Positions 52,601 to 64,000 of a stretch of 64,000 nt of DNA are shown piece by piece. Within the stretch, counting starts at the first letter, position 1; each line of letters opens with the position of its first letter. The stretch comes from Pseudovirgaria hyperparasitica (taxonomy: Eukaryota), in assembly GCA_010093815.1 (NCBI GenBank), contig ML996589.1; one strand, 5' to 3'. The notes beneath the pieces were generated by a model, which saw nothing but the letters and a program-made list of their open reading frames with translations, was not told where the DNA came from and did no database searches. The translations under genes were made by a program, and so were the position numbers.

Positions 52601-55600
52601 GGGGTCCACTGGTACTAGCCTCTAGTTCGGAGTTAGATAACTTCTACAGGTTCGACGTGCCCTATACCATCAGGCCCTACTCCTGTTTTCGCCTTATCTC
52701 ATCCCCTCTAGGCTTATACCTCTAGCTCTACTAGGAGAGATAACCGAAGCCTCTCCTAGCTAGGTAACTACGAGGTTTACTCCTTAAACTTATGATACTA
52801 GCGTACGTGCCTTATAGGCGACACGTTCTATCTCTTTATAAATTAACACGCGCATCCGTTCTCTCGGGCTATATAGTAGTCTCTCCGGCCAGGACGTAAT
52901 CCTATCTACTTCTAGATATACTAAGGGTTAGAGCCTATTAAAGGGGTGAGGTCCTTAGAGCTAGTAGTTACTACTATATACCACACCCCGCCTTTAAGCA
53001 TTACTACTTTTTAGTTTCGTGTTACCTATAAGGATCTCTCTATAATAGGCCGACTATGTCTTATAGGAGAGTATCCTCTAAATCCCTTACGTATATACGC
53101 CTAGGCGACTTAGGCATTCTCTTTCTACTAACCCGACTTATTTCTACTACTCTTAAAGGGTCTCTATAGCTGCCTTCTACCTATATCTATATACTATTAT
53201 CTATATACTCTAGTATCCCACCTCCTACGGTAGACTATAATATCTCTCGTGCGCGGGAGCTACTCTATCTATTAGTAGTAAAGTAGTATCTCGTATCGAG
53301 CGAAAGGTCTTAATAGAGTCGTACTACTAGTAGTTATACTAGGCGGCTTAATAAACGTAGTTTAACACTATAGGAGAGTTAGCTTTAATAAGTTCTTCTA
53401 GTAGTAGTTTCTTAGTTGCCCTCGACGTGTTCCTTACGTTCCTAGAGCCGTTTAAGCCTCAAGGTATCCTATCGCGCTACTAGGACCTCCGCTTCCTCTA
53501 CCTAGTTAGTAAGATAGATTTAGGCCTACTTTCGATATAGTAGTAGCGCGTTAGATGGTTTTCTTATCTCTTTATCCTCGTGAACTTCTCTTAACGCGTT
53601 AATTAGGGATAGGATAGAAGTATATACTTCCCTAGCTAGGTTATATTAGCGTGGTTTAGTAAGGTAGACGCTCCGCGAAAACTCTTTAACCATCTATCTA
53701 GCGACGACTAGGTCGCCATTAACGCCGCTCCGAATCTCTTACTACCTCTATAGAGGCATTGCCTAGCTACGACGACGTGGACGCGGTTCGTAAGGCTTCG
53801 TAGCCGACCCGAAAAGTATACCTTAAGTGCGAGAGTATAGGTAAGAAGTCCGGAGATTATACACACGCGTATACTATAACCGTATACCTAAAGCGTAGGA
53901 TGAATGGAGAGAGGCGAGAAGATAATAAGATAAGGTCCTCCGCAACGAGCGACGTAAATAGTAGTATATAGTTACGGATAGACATACACGTAATACTACT
54001 AGACTATAGTATATAGTAAAATGGGCCAAAAGTACCGCCTCCCCGATATCTATACTACTTATACCCCCCCTTATATATTAAGAAAAGACGTACTCTACGA
54101 GCCTCGAGAAAATAGAGATCCTATAAGAGGTTATATTCCCTCTCCTAGAACCCGTAGATCTATTAGATATCGACGGCACGGAATACCTAGAAGCCGTAAG
54201 TATTCCTAGGGAAATCACGGACGATAATATACTTAGCGCTATTAAGATACTCCCGAATGATAAAGCGCCTAGACTAGACGGAATTCCGAATTAATACCTT
54301 AAGAGGACCATATAGGCGACCTTACCGATTATAGGCTATATATTCCGAGCGTACGCCCGTATAGGATACTACCTATAGAGCTTCTAAACTATATATATAG
54401 TTATACTCCTAAAACTAGGGAAGAGCCTAAACACGCCGAAGGGATGGAGGCCGATCGCCCTCCTCCTCTACCTTAGTAAGGTACTAGAAGCTACGATTAC
54501 TAAGAAGATAAGTATAGTAGTATAGGTACACGGCCTTCTCCTAGTAAACCAGAAGGCGAAGGTAGAAAGCTCCCTAATCATAGCCATTTAACATATCCTT
54601 AAGGTTATCTAGACTATATAGAAATAAGGACGAGTCATCACGCTACTCTCCCTAGACATAGTAGGGGCGTTTAATAAGGTAAACTATATAAGACTTATCC
54701 ATAACCTCCGGATAAGGCGAATACCTAAGTAGATTATACGATTTATATAGTCCTTCCTCGCGTAAAGGACTACTTAAATATATATCCCTAGATACCGAAG
54801 CGAATATAAGGAGACGGTATACGGTATCCCGTAAGGGAGTACTATCTCCCCGATCCTCTTTCTCTTCTTTATAGTAGACCTCCTTTAGAGAATAGAATAT
54901 ATAGAGATAGTCGGATACGCGGACGATATATACCTCCTCGCGGTCGATAGTAGTACTAGTAGAACATGTACACGACTCGAACGAGACTATAAGAAATGCG
55001 TCTAGTAGGTAAAGCGCCACGGAGTAAAATTCGCACCTAAAAAATACTAGCTTATATACTTTATTAACCGCCGTAGAGGATGGGCTACTAGGGAGGGGGT
55101 ATGTCGCCCCTAAATCGACGCCTTTATAGAACCACTAGCATAGAGTATACGAGCACTCGGCGTTATACTTAATAATAAGCTAAAATAGGGACCATAGGTA
55201 GCACACGCCGTCTCTAGAGCCCTCTAGGTAGAAACCGCTATACGCTAGATTACGGTATCTACGTGGGGAATAGCCTAGGATAAGGCGAGATAGCTATACG
55301 TCTCCCTAGTACGCCTAGCCTTTATATACGGACACGAGTACTAGTATACGGCCCTTATATAAGCTCGGCGGGTAAAGCTTAAGTCTATATAAAACTATAT
55401 ACTCCGCCTTATCTCCGGTGTATATAAAGCTACTAATATAATGCTCCTCCGACGTGAGATAAACGTAATAAGTATATAGGACTTCTACTAGATATAGAGA
55501 CTTATATACTTTACTAAATAATAAGTATAAGAACGTAGAGGAGATAGGGTATATACCTTCGCCGTACTACGCACACGTATCTGCGCGCATTACTAGGCCC

Positions 55601-56507
55601 TCTCTACTATAGAATAAACTCGAGTATAATATAAATGCTATATAGAGGCGGACTCGAGCTAGACTATATAGGAGGTTTAAAATAACCCGGATGCTATCCT
55701 AAGCTAATAGAGCCCTAAGGAGCTTAGCCGCGTTATACGGTTATAGATCTAGGATAAATAGAGGGAGGTACTTAAAGCCTAGTAGGCCTCCTAATAGAAT
55801 AGGTATCTAGAATAGATCCGAGGGCCTTAGAAGGAACCGAGTAAATAGATGTATAAAGGGCTAACGAAGGCCTAAGCATCTATACTCCTCTAAGCCCGAA
55901 TAGGCGCTATAGGTCTCCTATATTATCTCTACTAGAGAGGCGTCCTAGATATATCTCCCTAGTGCGAGGACTACGGCCGGAGAGGTATAATACGCCACTA
56001 CCTCGCGACGTACTCTAGCCTCTATACCCTAAGATAAGCCCTCGTCCGTATAACGAGGACCTCCGATATCACGTAATAGCTTAATAAGTACTCTAAGGAC
56101 GTCGCCCGATGGATGCTTATACACCTTCCTCTCCCCTAGTTCTAGTAGACCCGCGTATATATACTAGAAGAAGCCTAATATATGCTAGAAGAACCCCGGT
56201 ATACGTCGGAAGAACCCTAGGAGAACCGCGATTATTAGTTAAGGGTAGCCCTTAACTAATAATCTCCGTACCTATATGTGCTACCTAAGGGTAAACCATT
56301 ATAATATAGGCTATAGGCCTATAGGTAGCCCCTAGGGCTATATATATATAAAGAACGAGAGGATAGATAGAGCGTAGTTATGGATATAAGGGAGTTTTTC
56401 CTATTTATAGGTTTCTTCTTATATAGTAGCTTAGACTAGAGAAGGCATGCGCCTATAGAGTGGTACTCTACCTAGTTTACTAATATTATTATTATTATTA
56501 TTATTAT
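49637..56507 (+). mobile_element. Tad-like LINE subfamily B copy B3, full length, 13-bp TSD, carrying the nested chimeric element copy 2
   Basis: TSD TATAGATCTTTAT at 49624..49636 and 56508..56520. ORF1 ATG at 49906, ORF1/ORF2 overlap at ~51364-51369, (TTA)n tail. Confidence 0.93.
52251..53805 (-). mobile_element. Chimeric retroelement copy 2: 1188-bp module (53805..52618) fused to 367 bp of LINE A/C-type 3' end; 15-bp TSD
   Basis: TSD GACCCGAAAAGTATA at 52236..52250 and 53806..53820. The host B3 ORF2 resumes seamlessly after the TSD. Confidence 0.93.
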
Positions 56508-59500
56508 TATAGATCTTTATGTTTTCTTTTAGCTTTCTTAATTTTATCTTTCTTTAATAATAACTTCTTTAATCTCTTTAGTAATCTATACCGATCTATA
56601 CCGATTAGCACCGATTTTCGATGTCCATTTCTCTTAGTGAATCATTTTTCTAAGTCTCTTTTTTAGTTAAAAATTTTTAAAATTCTAAGTTTGAACTTTC
56701 TAAGGGAGTTCTAAGTTCGAACTTTCTAAGGAAGTTCCTTAATTCCTTAGAGTGTTTTTAAAGATCTATGTCTCTTTAACCTTCTTCCTTTTAGGCGGCC
56801 GTCCTTAGCGCCGAACTATACTAAAAAACGTTAAATTACCGTACTTTAGTATAATTCTCTACGATTCCGCGGCTTTCTTTACTAATTACTACTTATATAC
56901 TAATATCGCTACTTTACTAATGTTTATTATAGGTTTCTAAGTATCTTTATTAGAATTATATCCTTTCTAATAAATTTTATATAGCCACGTACTATCTTCG
57001 GCGCGTTACTAGCTAAGTATCTACTTAACTTCGTAGATATCTATACCTTCTTATATAACTACTTTATATAGTATCTATTCGGAATGATCTGGTAATAATA
57101 AGGTATAAAATAGCTCGAGAAGCGTAATATAGAATATATTATATATCTTTAATATAGGAGGGAGTTATAACTCATACGCCTAGTTATTAATTACACGAGT
57201 AATCTTATATAGATCTATTATTATATAGTTAAGCTTCTTCTTTAGTCTAATACTACGAATATTCTTACTATTTAGTAATACTTTATCCCTAATATTAAAG
57301 ATCATAGGTTTTCTACCCTTATTATAGTGCGATTTACTATAATCCGTAGTATCTTATAGTAACTTTATAACGCTTCTTTACGTTTAGAATGGTTCTATAG
57401 TAATTTCTATTACTTTAACGTTAGATTATTCTACTTTAAACTAAGTCCCTAAGAACTATATATTATAGTTCTAACCGAAGTTTACTTCGAACGGACTTAT
57501 GTAGGTTAATATATATCGGCTATTATTATACGCGAATTCCGTAATATAGACTAACCTTATCTAGTTATTCTACTTATAGTTATAATATACACGTAAATAC
57601 GCCTCGACTATCTAATTCTACCGCTCTATCTATCTATCTATTTATAGATAGAATATAGTACTAAGTTTCCGCTTAATTCCTAGCGTATAGTAGAAATCCT
57701 TCTAAAATTTAGATATTATCTATAGACCTCTATCCGAAACTATACCGTTTAGTATACTATAGAGCCGAACTATATCACGGAGTAGTATATCTATAAGATC
57801 CGGTACTTAGATTATCTTCCTTATAGGGATATAGTATAATATCTTTATAAATCTATCTAGAACTACGAGTAAACTATTATAAATATACCTAGAATACTTA
57901 CTTAGAGGTAGATCTATAATAAAATCCATCGATAATTCCTTCTATACCTTCTTTAGTATAGGTAATAACCTTAATTTACTATATAGTAAATATCTATATA
58001 CTTTCGTATACTAGTAAACGTTATACGTTTTTACGTAGTCCTTTATATATTTATAAAGACCCGGCTAGTCGTACGTTCTTCGGATTAAATCGACCGTCCT
58101 TATAATACTAAAGTATTCTACTAACGCGTAATCGTACTATTCCCTTAAAATATTAATTTATAAGCCGCCTTCCGGCACGTAGAGTCGGCCTTAGAAGTAG
58201 ATCGCGTCTAATCGTTATTTCTACCTTAATAACCACGGCGGATCTATAGCGCTTCCTTTTATACTTATAACTTTCTTTACTAATATATTAGAATTCTAGA
58301 TAGATTTAATTAAGTCTTTAAGGGTTTTCTTATTTCCTTAGACGTTTATTTAGATTACTTAATACCCGCTCTAATTCCCGCGGAGAATCGCCGAAAGTGT
58401 TCTAGCTTCTAGTATTCTATTAGATAACTAGTCTTATAGTATCTAAAGTATAGTATAGTCTAAATTATACCGACTATCTACGTTATTCTATAACGATTTC
58501 TTATAATCTTTACGCTGCGATAGAGGATTAGCTTTATTCTCTCTTCTAGCTTTATATAAGATTTTAAAGTTAAATATTAATATCTACTTAGCCTAACGTA
58601 CTTATTAGCGATTAAGGACCTTAGTTAATATAAAATAATATAGATTTATATAATCTAATAATAATTCGATCTAATATACGGAGCCTTCTAAATAATATTA
58701 CTATTACTTAAAACTCTCAACGATTATAAGTAGTTCCTAGTTATATATATTATAACGCGTCTCTATATCCGCTATTTTATAGAAAAAGAAGGCGACCGGG
58801 TGCTATTGTACCTTGTCCTTCGTATCTTTATACGGTTAACTAATAATTCTAGTAATTACGAATTCTAACGCGTTAGTTTCGACCCGAATATACTTCTTAG
58901 GATTAAAATACCTAAGAATCGGCATAGTTATAAAGTAATTCTTTAATAATCGGAATGTATCTCGCGCTTCCGGCGTTAACTATATCTCGACTAACTTAGC
59001 TTTACGCTATACTCGCCTACCTATAGGGATTTTACTACCATTCTCTATAAGTTTATTAAGCGGCGCCGTAATTTATAAGAAGCCTATAATAAATTTATAA
59101 TAATAGTTGACGAAACCTATAAACGTTCTAATTTAACGTATAGTAGTAGGTTCTAGCTATTCTATAATGGTCTTTACACGCTCTAGCTCCATTTTTAGGC
59201 CGCTATATATTATAATAAAGCCGAGAAACCTAACTTCTTATTAGTAAAACTCGTATTTAGATAATTTTACGTAGAGTTTATACTATCTTAGATGATTTAG
59301 TACCGATTTCACGTGTTCTTTATAATTCTATATACTATCGGAGTAAATTAGTATATTATCGAGATAAACTATGTAAATCACGTTAAGTAATCCTATGAGT
59401 ATAGTATTAATATATCCTTAAAACGCTTCTAGCGTATTTATTAGCCCGAATGGCATAATAGTATACTTAAAATAACTATATCTAGTCCGAAATATAGTTT

Positions 59501-60487
59501 TCTACTTATCTCCGCGACGAATTCAAAGCCGGTAATATATATCTTATAAATCTAGCTTCGTAAAGTACTTTACCTTTATTAATTAGTCTAAAGATTTACT
59601 AACTAGTAGTAATAGATAACGATTCTTCTTAGTTACTATATTTAGTGCCTGATAGTCGATATATAGATATAAACTTCCGTCTTTCTTCTTTATAAAGAGA
59701 ATAGATACGCCGGCTAATAACGTACTATAATATATCTAGTCTCTTCCGAGGTATTCTTTAATATATTTATAAAGAACTTCGAGTTCTAGTCTCGAAAGTA
59801 GGTAAAGTAGACTATAAGGGACGTCTACTCCCTCCTTAAGCTTAATCTTTAGCTTATACGGTCTATAGTTAGAGAGAAGTAACGTATCTTCTACCGAAAA
59901 CACATCCGTATACTACGAATATATATTAGATAGCGTGTCTTTGCTCTAATTATTACTATTATTCTCGTCTTTATTAATGATTAATAAGAATATAAGATAG
60001 ATTAGCGATAATCGGGTCCGTATGGTAAGGTTCCATGCCTCCTTACTAATAGTTATAACTTACTAGTATAATTTACTACGGTGTTATTAGAACGTTAATA
60101 TCTCCTTCTAAAAATTAAGGATAGGGTTTAGACGTCTAAGCTAAGGCATGCCTAGAATCATATTCTATTAGCTAATATTAGCTACGATAAATTTATTAGA
60201 TATGTACTATTTTATTATCTTCGAGTTATAAACTTCGTAATTCGTTATAGCTTTACCTAAAGTTCTAACTTTATATCTATTAACTATAATAATAATAATA
60301 ATAATATTATATAACTAAGTAGAGTAGTACTCTATAGGCCTATACCTCCTCTAGTCTAAGCTACTATATAAGAAGAAACCCTATAGGGAAAAACTTCCTT
60401 ATATCTATAACTACATCTTATTAAATCTCTATTTCGTCTTAAGTATATAGCTATAGGGTACGCCTATTAGCCTATAGCCTATATTAC

Positions 60488-60632
60488 NNNNNNNNNNNNN
60501 NNNNNNNNNNNNNNNNNNNNNNNNNNNNNNNNNNNNNNNNNNNNNNNNNNNNNNNNNNNNNNNNNNNNNNNNNNNNNNNNNNNNNNNNNNNNNNNNNNNN
60601 NNNNNNNNNNNNNNNNNNNNNNNNNNNNNNNN
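60488..60632. other. Assembly gap (N run)
   Basis: Run of N. Confidence 1.
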
Positions 60633-62217
60633 CCCTTAACTAATAATCGGGGTTCTCCCGGGGTTCTTCCGGTATATATCGGGTTACTACCGGCGTATAC
60701 CGGGTCTCTTCCGGTATATATTTCCGGGTCTACTAGTACTAGAGGAGTAGTAGATATATAAGTATCTATTAGGAGACGTCCTTAGAGTACTTATTAAGCT
60801 ATTATACGATATCTAAAGTCTTCGTAACGTAGATAAGCTATTACCGTTATATATAGAGGTTAGGGTATATAGCTAGATAGTAGCGTATTATACCTCTCCG
60901 GCCGTACGCCTTATACTATAGAGAGGTATTAGGAACGCCTCTCTTATAGATATAGTATAGAAGTCCTATAGCGCCCGTTTAGGCTTATATAAGTATAGAT
61001 ACTTAGGCTTTCGTTAGCCCTTTATATATCTATTTACTTAGTTCCTTCTATAGCCCTCGAATCTACTCTAGGTACCTATTCTACTAGAAGGTCTAGTAGG
61101 CACGGAGTGCCTCTTTCTACTTATCTTAAGTCTACGACCGTATATTTTTTATAAGTTCTTAAAGGCTCTACCGGTCTAGGAGAGCGTCTGGGTTATCTCG
61201 GACTTCTTATACTACTTAGCTAGAGTCGGCTTCTATTAAGCACCTATACCGTATTTAATTCTAGCCTATATATAGAAGTGCGTGGTAATATATACTAATT
61301 TATGCACGTAGCGCGGCGAAAGTATATTCTATGTTTTCTATATATTCCTATACTTATTATTTAGTAAAGTATACTACTCTCTATATCTAGTAGAAGTTAT
61401 ATATACTTATAACGTCTATCTCGTGTCGTAGTAGCACCGTGTTAGTAGCTTTATATACGCCTAATATAAGACGGAGTATACGGTTCTATATAGATTCGCG
61501 CTTTATTTACCTAGTCTATATAAGGGCTATATACTAGCACTCGTGTCCGTACGTAAAGGCGGGTCGTACTATAGATATATATAGCTGGCGTACCTTATCC
61601 CGGGCGGTTCCCTATATAGAGACTATAATCCGTCGTATAGTGGCTTCTATCTAGAGGGCCCTAGAGACGGCGTATACTACTTATAGTCTCTATTTAAGCT
61701 TACTATCTAGTATAACTCCGAGCGCGCGCATGCTTTATACTAGTAGTTCGTTAAATGCGTCGATTCGGGGGCGTTATTCGCCTTCCCTAGTTACCTATTT
61801 CCCTTAACGGTTAATGAAGTGCATGAGCTAGTATTTCTCTAGGGCGAACTTTACTCCGTGGCATTTTACCTACTAGAGGCACCTCTTATAGTTCTATTCT
61901 AGTCGTCTATACGTTCGGTTAGTATTATTATTAATAGCTAGGAGGTATATATTATTAGCGTATCCGACTACCTCTATATACTTTATTTCTTAAAGAAGGT
62001 CTACTATAAAGAAGAGGAATAGGATCGGAGAGATAGTGCTCCCTTATGGGATACCGTATACCGTCTCTTTATATTCGCTCTAGTATCTAGAGATATATAT
62101 CTAAGTTATTCTTTCTATAAGAAATAACTATATAAAGCGTATAATCTATTCTAGTATTCGTCTTATCCGGAGGTTATAAATAAGTCTTATATAGTTTACC
62201 TTATTAAACGCTCCGGC

Positions 62218-62927
62218 NNNNNNNNNNNNNNNNNNNNNNNNNNNNNNNNNNNNNNNNNNNNNNNNNNNNNNNNNNNNNNNNNNNNNNNNNNNNNNNNNNN
62301 NNNNNNNNNNNNNNNNNNNNNNNNNNNNNNNNNNNNNNNNNNNNNNNNNNNNNNNNNNNNNNNNNNNNNNNNNNNNNNNNNNNNNNNNNNNNNNNNNNNN
62401 NNNNNNNNNNNNNNNNNNNNNNNNNNNNNNNNNNNNNNNNNNNNNNNNNNNNNNNNNNNNNNNNNNNNNNNNNNNNNNNNNNNNNNNNNNNNNNNNNNNN
62501 NNNNNNNNNNNNNNNNNNNNNNNNNNNNNNNNNNNNNNNNNNNNNNNNNNNNNNNNNNNNNNNNNNNNNNNNNNNNNNNNNNNNNNNNNNNNNNNNNNNN
62601 NNNNNNNNNNNNNNNNNNNNNNNNNNNNNNNNNNNNNNNNNNNNNNNNNNNNNNNNNNNNNNNNNNNNNNNNNNNNNNNNNNNNNNNNNNNNNNNNNNNN
62701 NNNNNNNNNNNNNNNNNNNNNNNNNNNNNNNNNNNNNNNNNNNNNNNNNNNNNNNNNNNNNNNNNNNNNNNNNNNNNNNNNNNNNNNNNNNNNNNNNNNN
62801 NNNNNNNNNNNNNNNNNNNNNNNNNNNNNNNNNNNNNNNNNNNNNNNNNNNNNNNNNNNNNNNNNNNNNNNNNNNNNNNNNNNNNNNNNNNNNNNNNNNN
62901 NNNNNNNNNNNNNNNNNNNNNNNNNNN
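62218..62927. other. Assembly gap (N run)
   Basis: Run of N. Confidence 1.
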
Positions 62928-64000
62928 TTATTAGTTATATATATTATATATATATAGGGGGCCTATATCTATTTATAGGTATAGTATTATCCTAAGGTTA
63001 TCGCGCTCGGTATATAACTATAATAAGAGTGGTATTAACCTATAAATATAGAAGAGGACTCGTCTTTCTAGTCCTAGAGGGTGTATAGTATAGTATCCGG
63101 GGTGTGTGGTTGGTTTACTCGTCTAGTAGTATTTATAGGGTTTCTAGATAGCGAGTATTATAGCCCCGGTCTCTTCGAGGAGCGTCACCTAGTTCTCTCT
63201 TTTATATTATACGTTTACCTATATAATTTAGAGTATATTCTAGTCCCTTATTAGGTACTAGGGAGTATATATACCTATATACTTATTTCTTAGAGGCGCG
63301 ACTATCCTCACGCGGTAGCGGCTTTAACTATACCTTTTAGTCGTCCTATTATCTTCGGGATAGTCTACTATCCTACCTAACTACCTTCCGGAGGGGAGGT
63401 TAGAGGTATTATAAAGGAAGAGCCCGTAGTAGGTGTTATATTCTATAACTATCTCGCGTCTCTCGCTTTTATTATATAAATGTATTCTATAACCTATTTA
63501 CGTTTTATATATGTTAACGACTATAACGGGTATTTTCTATCGTAGTTTAAATACTATACTATGTCCCTGTTTCTTAGTCCGTCTCCTCGCGGTTTATAAG
63601 GGTACTTCTAGATAGCGTGGTCTCTATAGTACTATCCGCACTTAGTCTTCTATGAGCACCTTTATATAGTATATCTATACCCTTAATAGTTAAAGCACTA
63701 TATTATTATCTATGCCCTATTCCATGGCTCGGCCATAAGGAGCTCTCCTTCTACTAGGAATCCCTTCTATATAATATATTATACGAGGGCGGGGTCTCGG
63801 AGCTCTATAATTATAGTAGAGTGTTTTTTCGCTATTATCTTAATCGCCTATGGGTTCTTCTACCACGCTTTTACGATCTTAATCCCTAGGTATTTTCGCG
63901 TGTTAGATTATTCTATACACGTAATATTCTCCGCTCTAATAGTCTATCCCTATATAGATACTACGTGTACTATAATTAGGTATATAGCTACTCTAATAGA

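Larger units (their letters stand above)
47805..60287 (-). mobile_element. Chromovirus-type Gypsy G2: 3' LTR 47805..48032, long 3' region, pol (PR part, RT, RNase H, integrase, chromodomain ~56900..57050); interrupted by LINE B3 and LINE A4
   Basis: Minus strand after RIP reversal: YLDD ~59365; integrase HDHALAGHFG...YDWPGL...CDVCQ and WKELSMDFI; chromodomain YEVEQIL...WLYxIHWKGYDSxEDTWEP. The TSD of B3 shows continuity across that insertion. LTR begins TGTAAG at 47805. Confidence 0.88.
60288..64000 (-). mobile_element. Tad-like LINE subfamily A copy A4, inserted in the G2 protease region; runs off the window and contains two gaps
   Basis: (TTA)n tail at ~60288-60305. A-type 3' UTR, ORF2 and ORF1 are colinear with A2. 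Confidence 0.9.

Noticed and set aside
16522..55020. Short ORF-track ORFs in the repeat block (e.g. 16522..16716, 25114..25482, 27438..27719, 27946..28140, 39614..40162, 54652..55020)
   Set aside because: These are antisense or off-frame shadows of RIPped LINE ORFs, recurring only because the LINE recurs. 20461..20676 and 37902..38117 are stop-free remnants of ORF2, not separate genes.
12778..56262. The recurring 31-bp palindrome as a CRISPR repeat, DNA-transposon TIR or lox-type recombinase site
   Set aside because: Copies are kilobases apart at fixed internal LINE positions, not at element termini or in an array. The 3-nt spacer is too short for a tyrosine-recombinase site, and no recombinase is present.

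Overview
Filamentous ascomycete (fungal) DNA in two compartments. About 1-11.4 kb is GC-balanced. It holds three intact intron-containing orphan genes (one with an AT-hook), partly RIP-mutated gene relics and a HET-domain pseudogene. About 11.4-64 kb is an AT-rich nest of retroelements heavily mutated by RIP (repeat-induced point mutation), with four assembly gaps. The nest contains (i) eight copies or fragments of a ~5.3-kb Tad-like LINE in three subfamilies (called A, B, C here), (ii) two Ty3/Gypsy families (G1, and G2, which has a chromodomain) and (iii) two copies of a chimeric retroelement. In the chimera, the same 1188-bp module of unknown function is fused at the same nucleotide to LINE 3' ends of very different length, resembling MINE. 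Two other observations stand out. One 31-bp palindrome brackets the LINE coding region at both ends, and its loop is flipped between subfamilies. G2 appears to carry an antisense, intron-containing Zn2Cys6-like accessory gene. All TE protein calls come from manual translation with RIP reversal; no database search was run.
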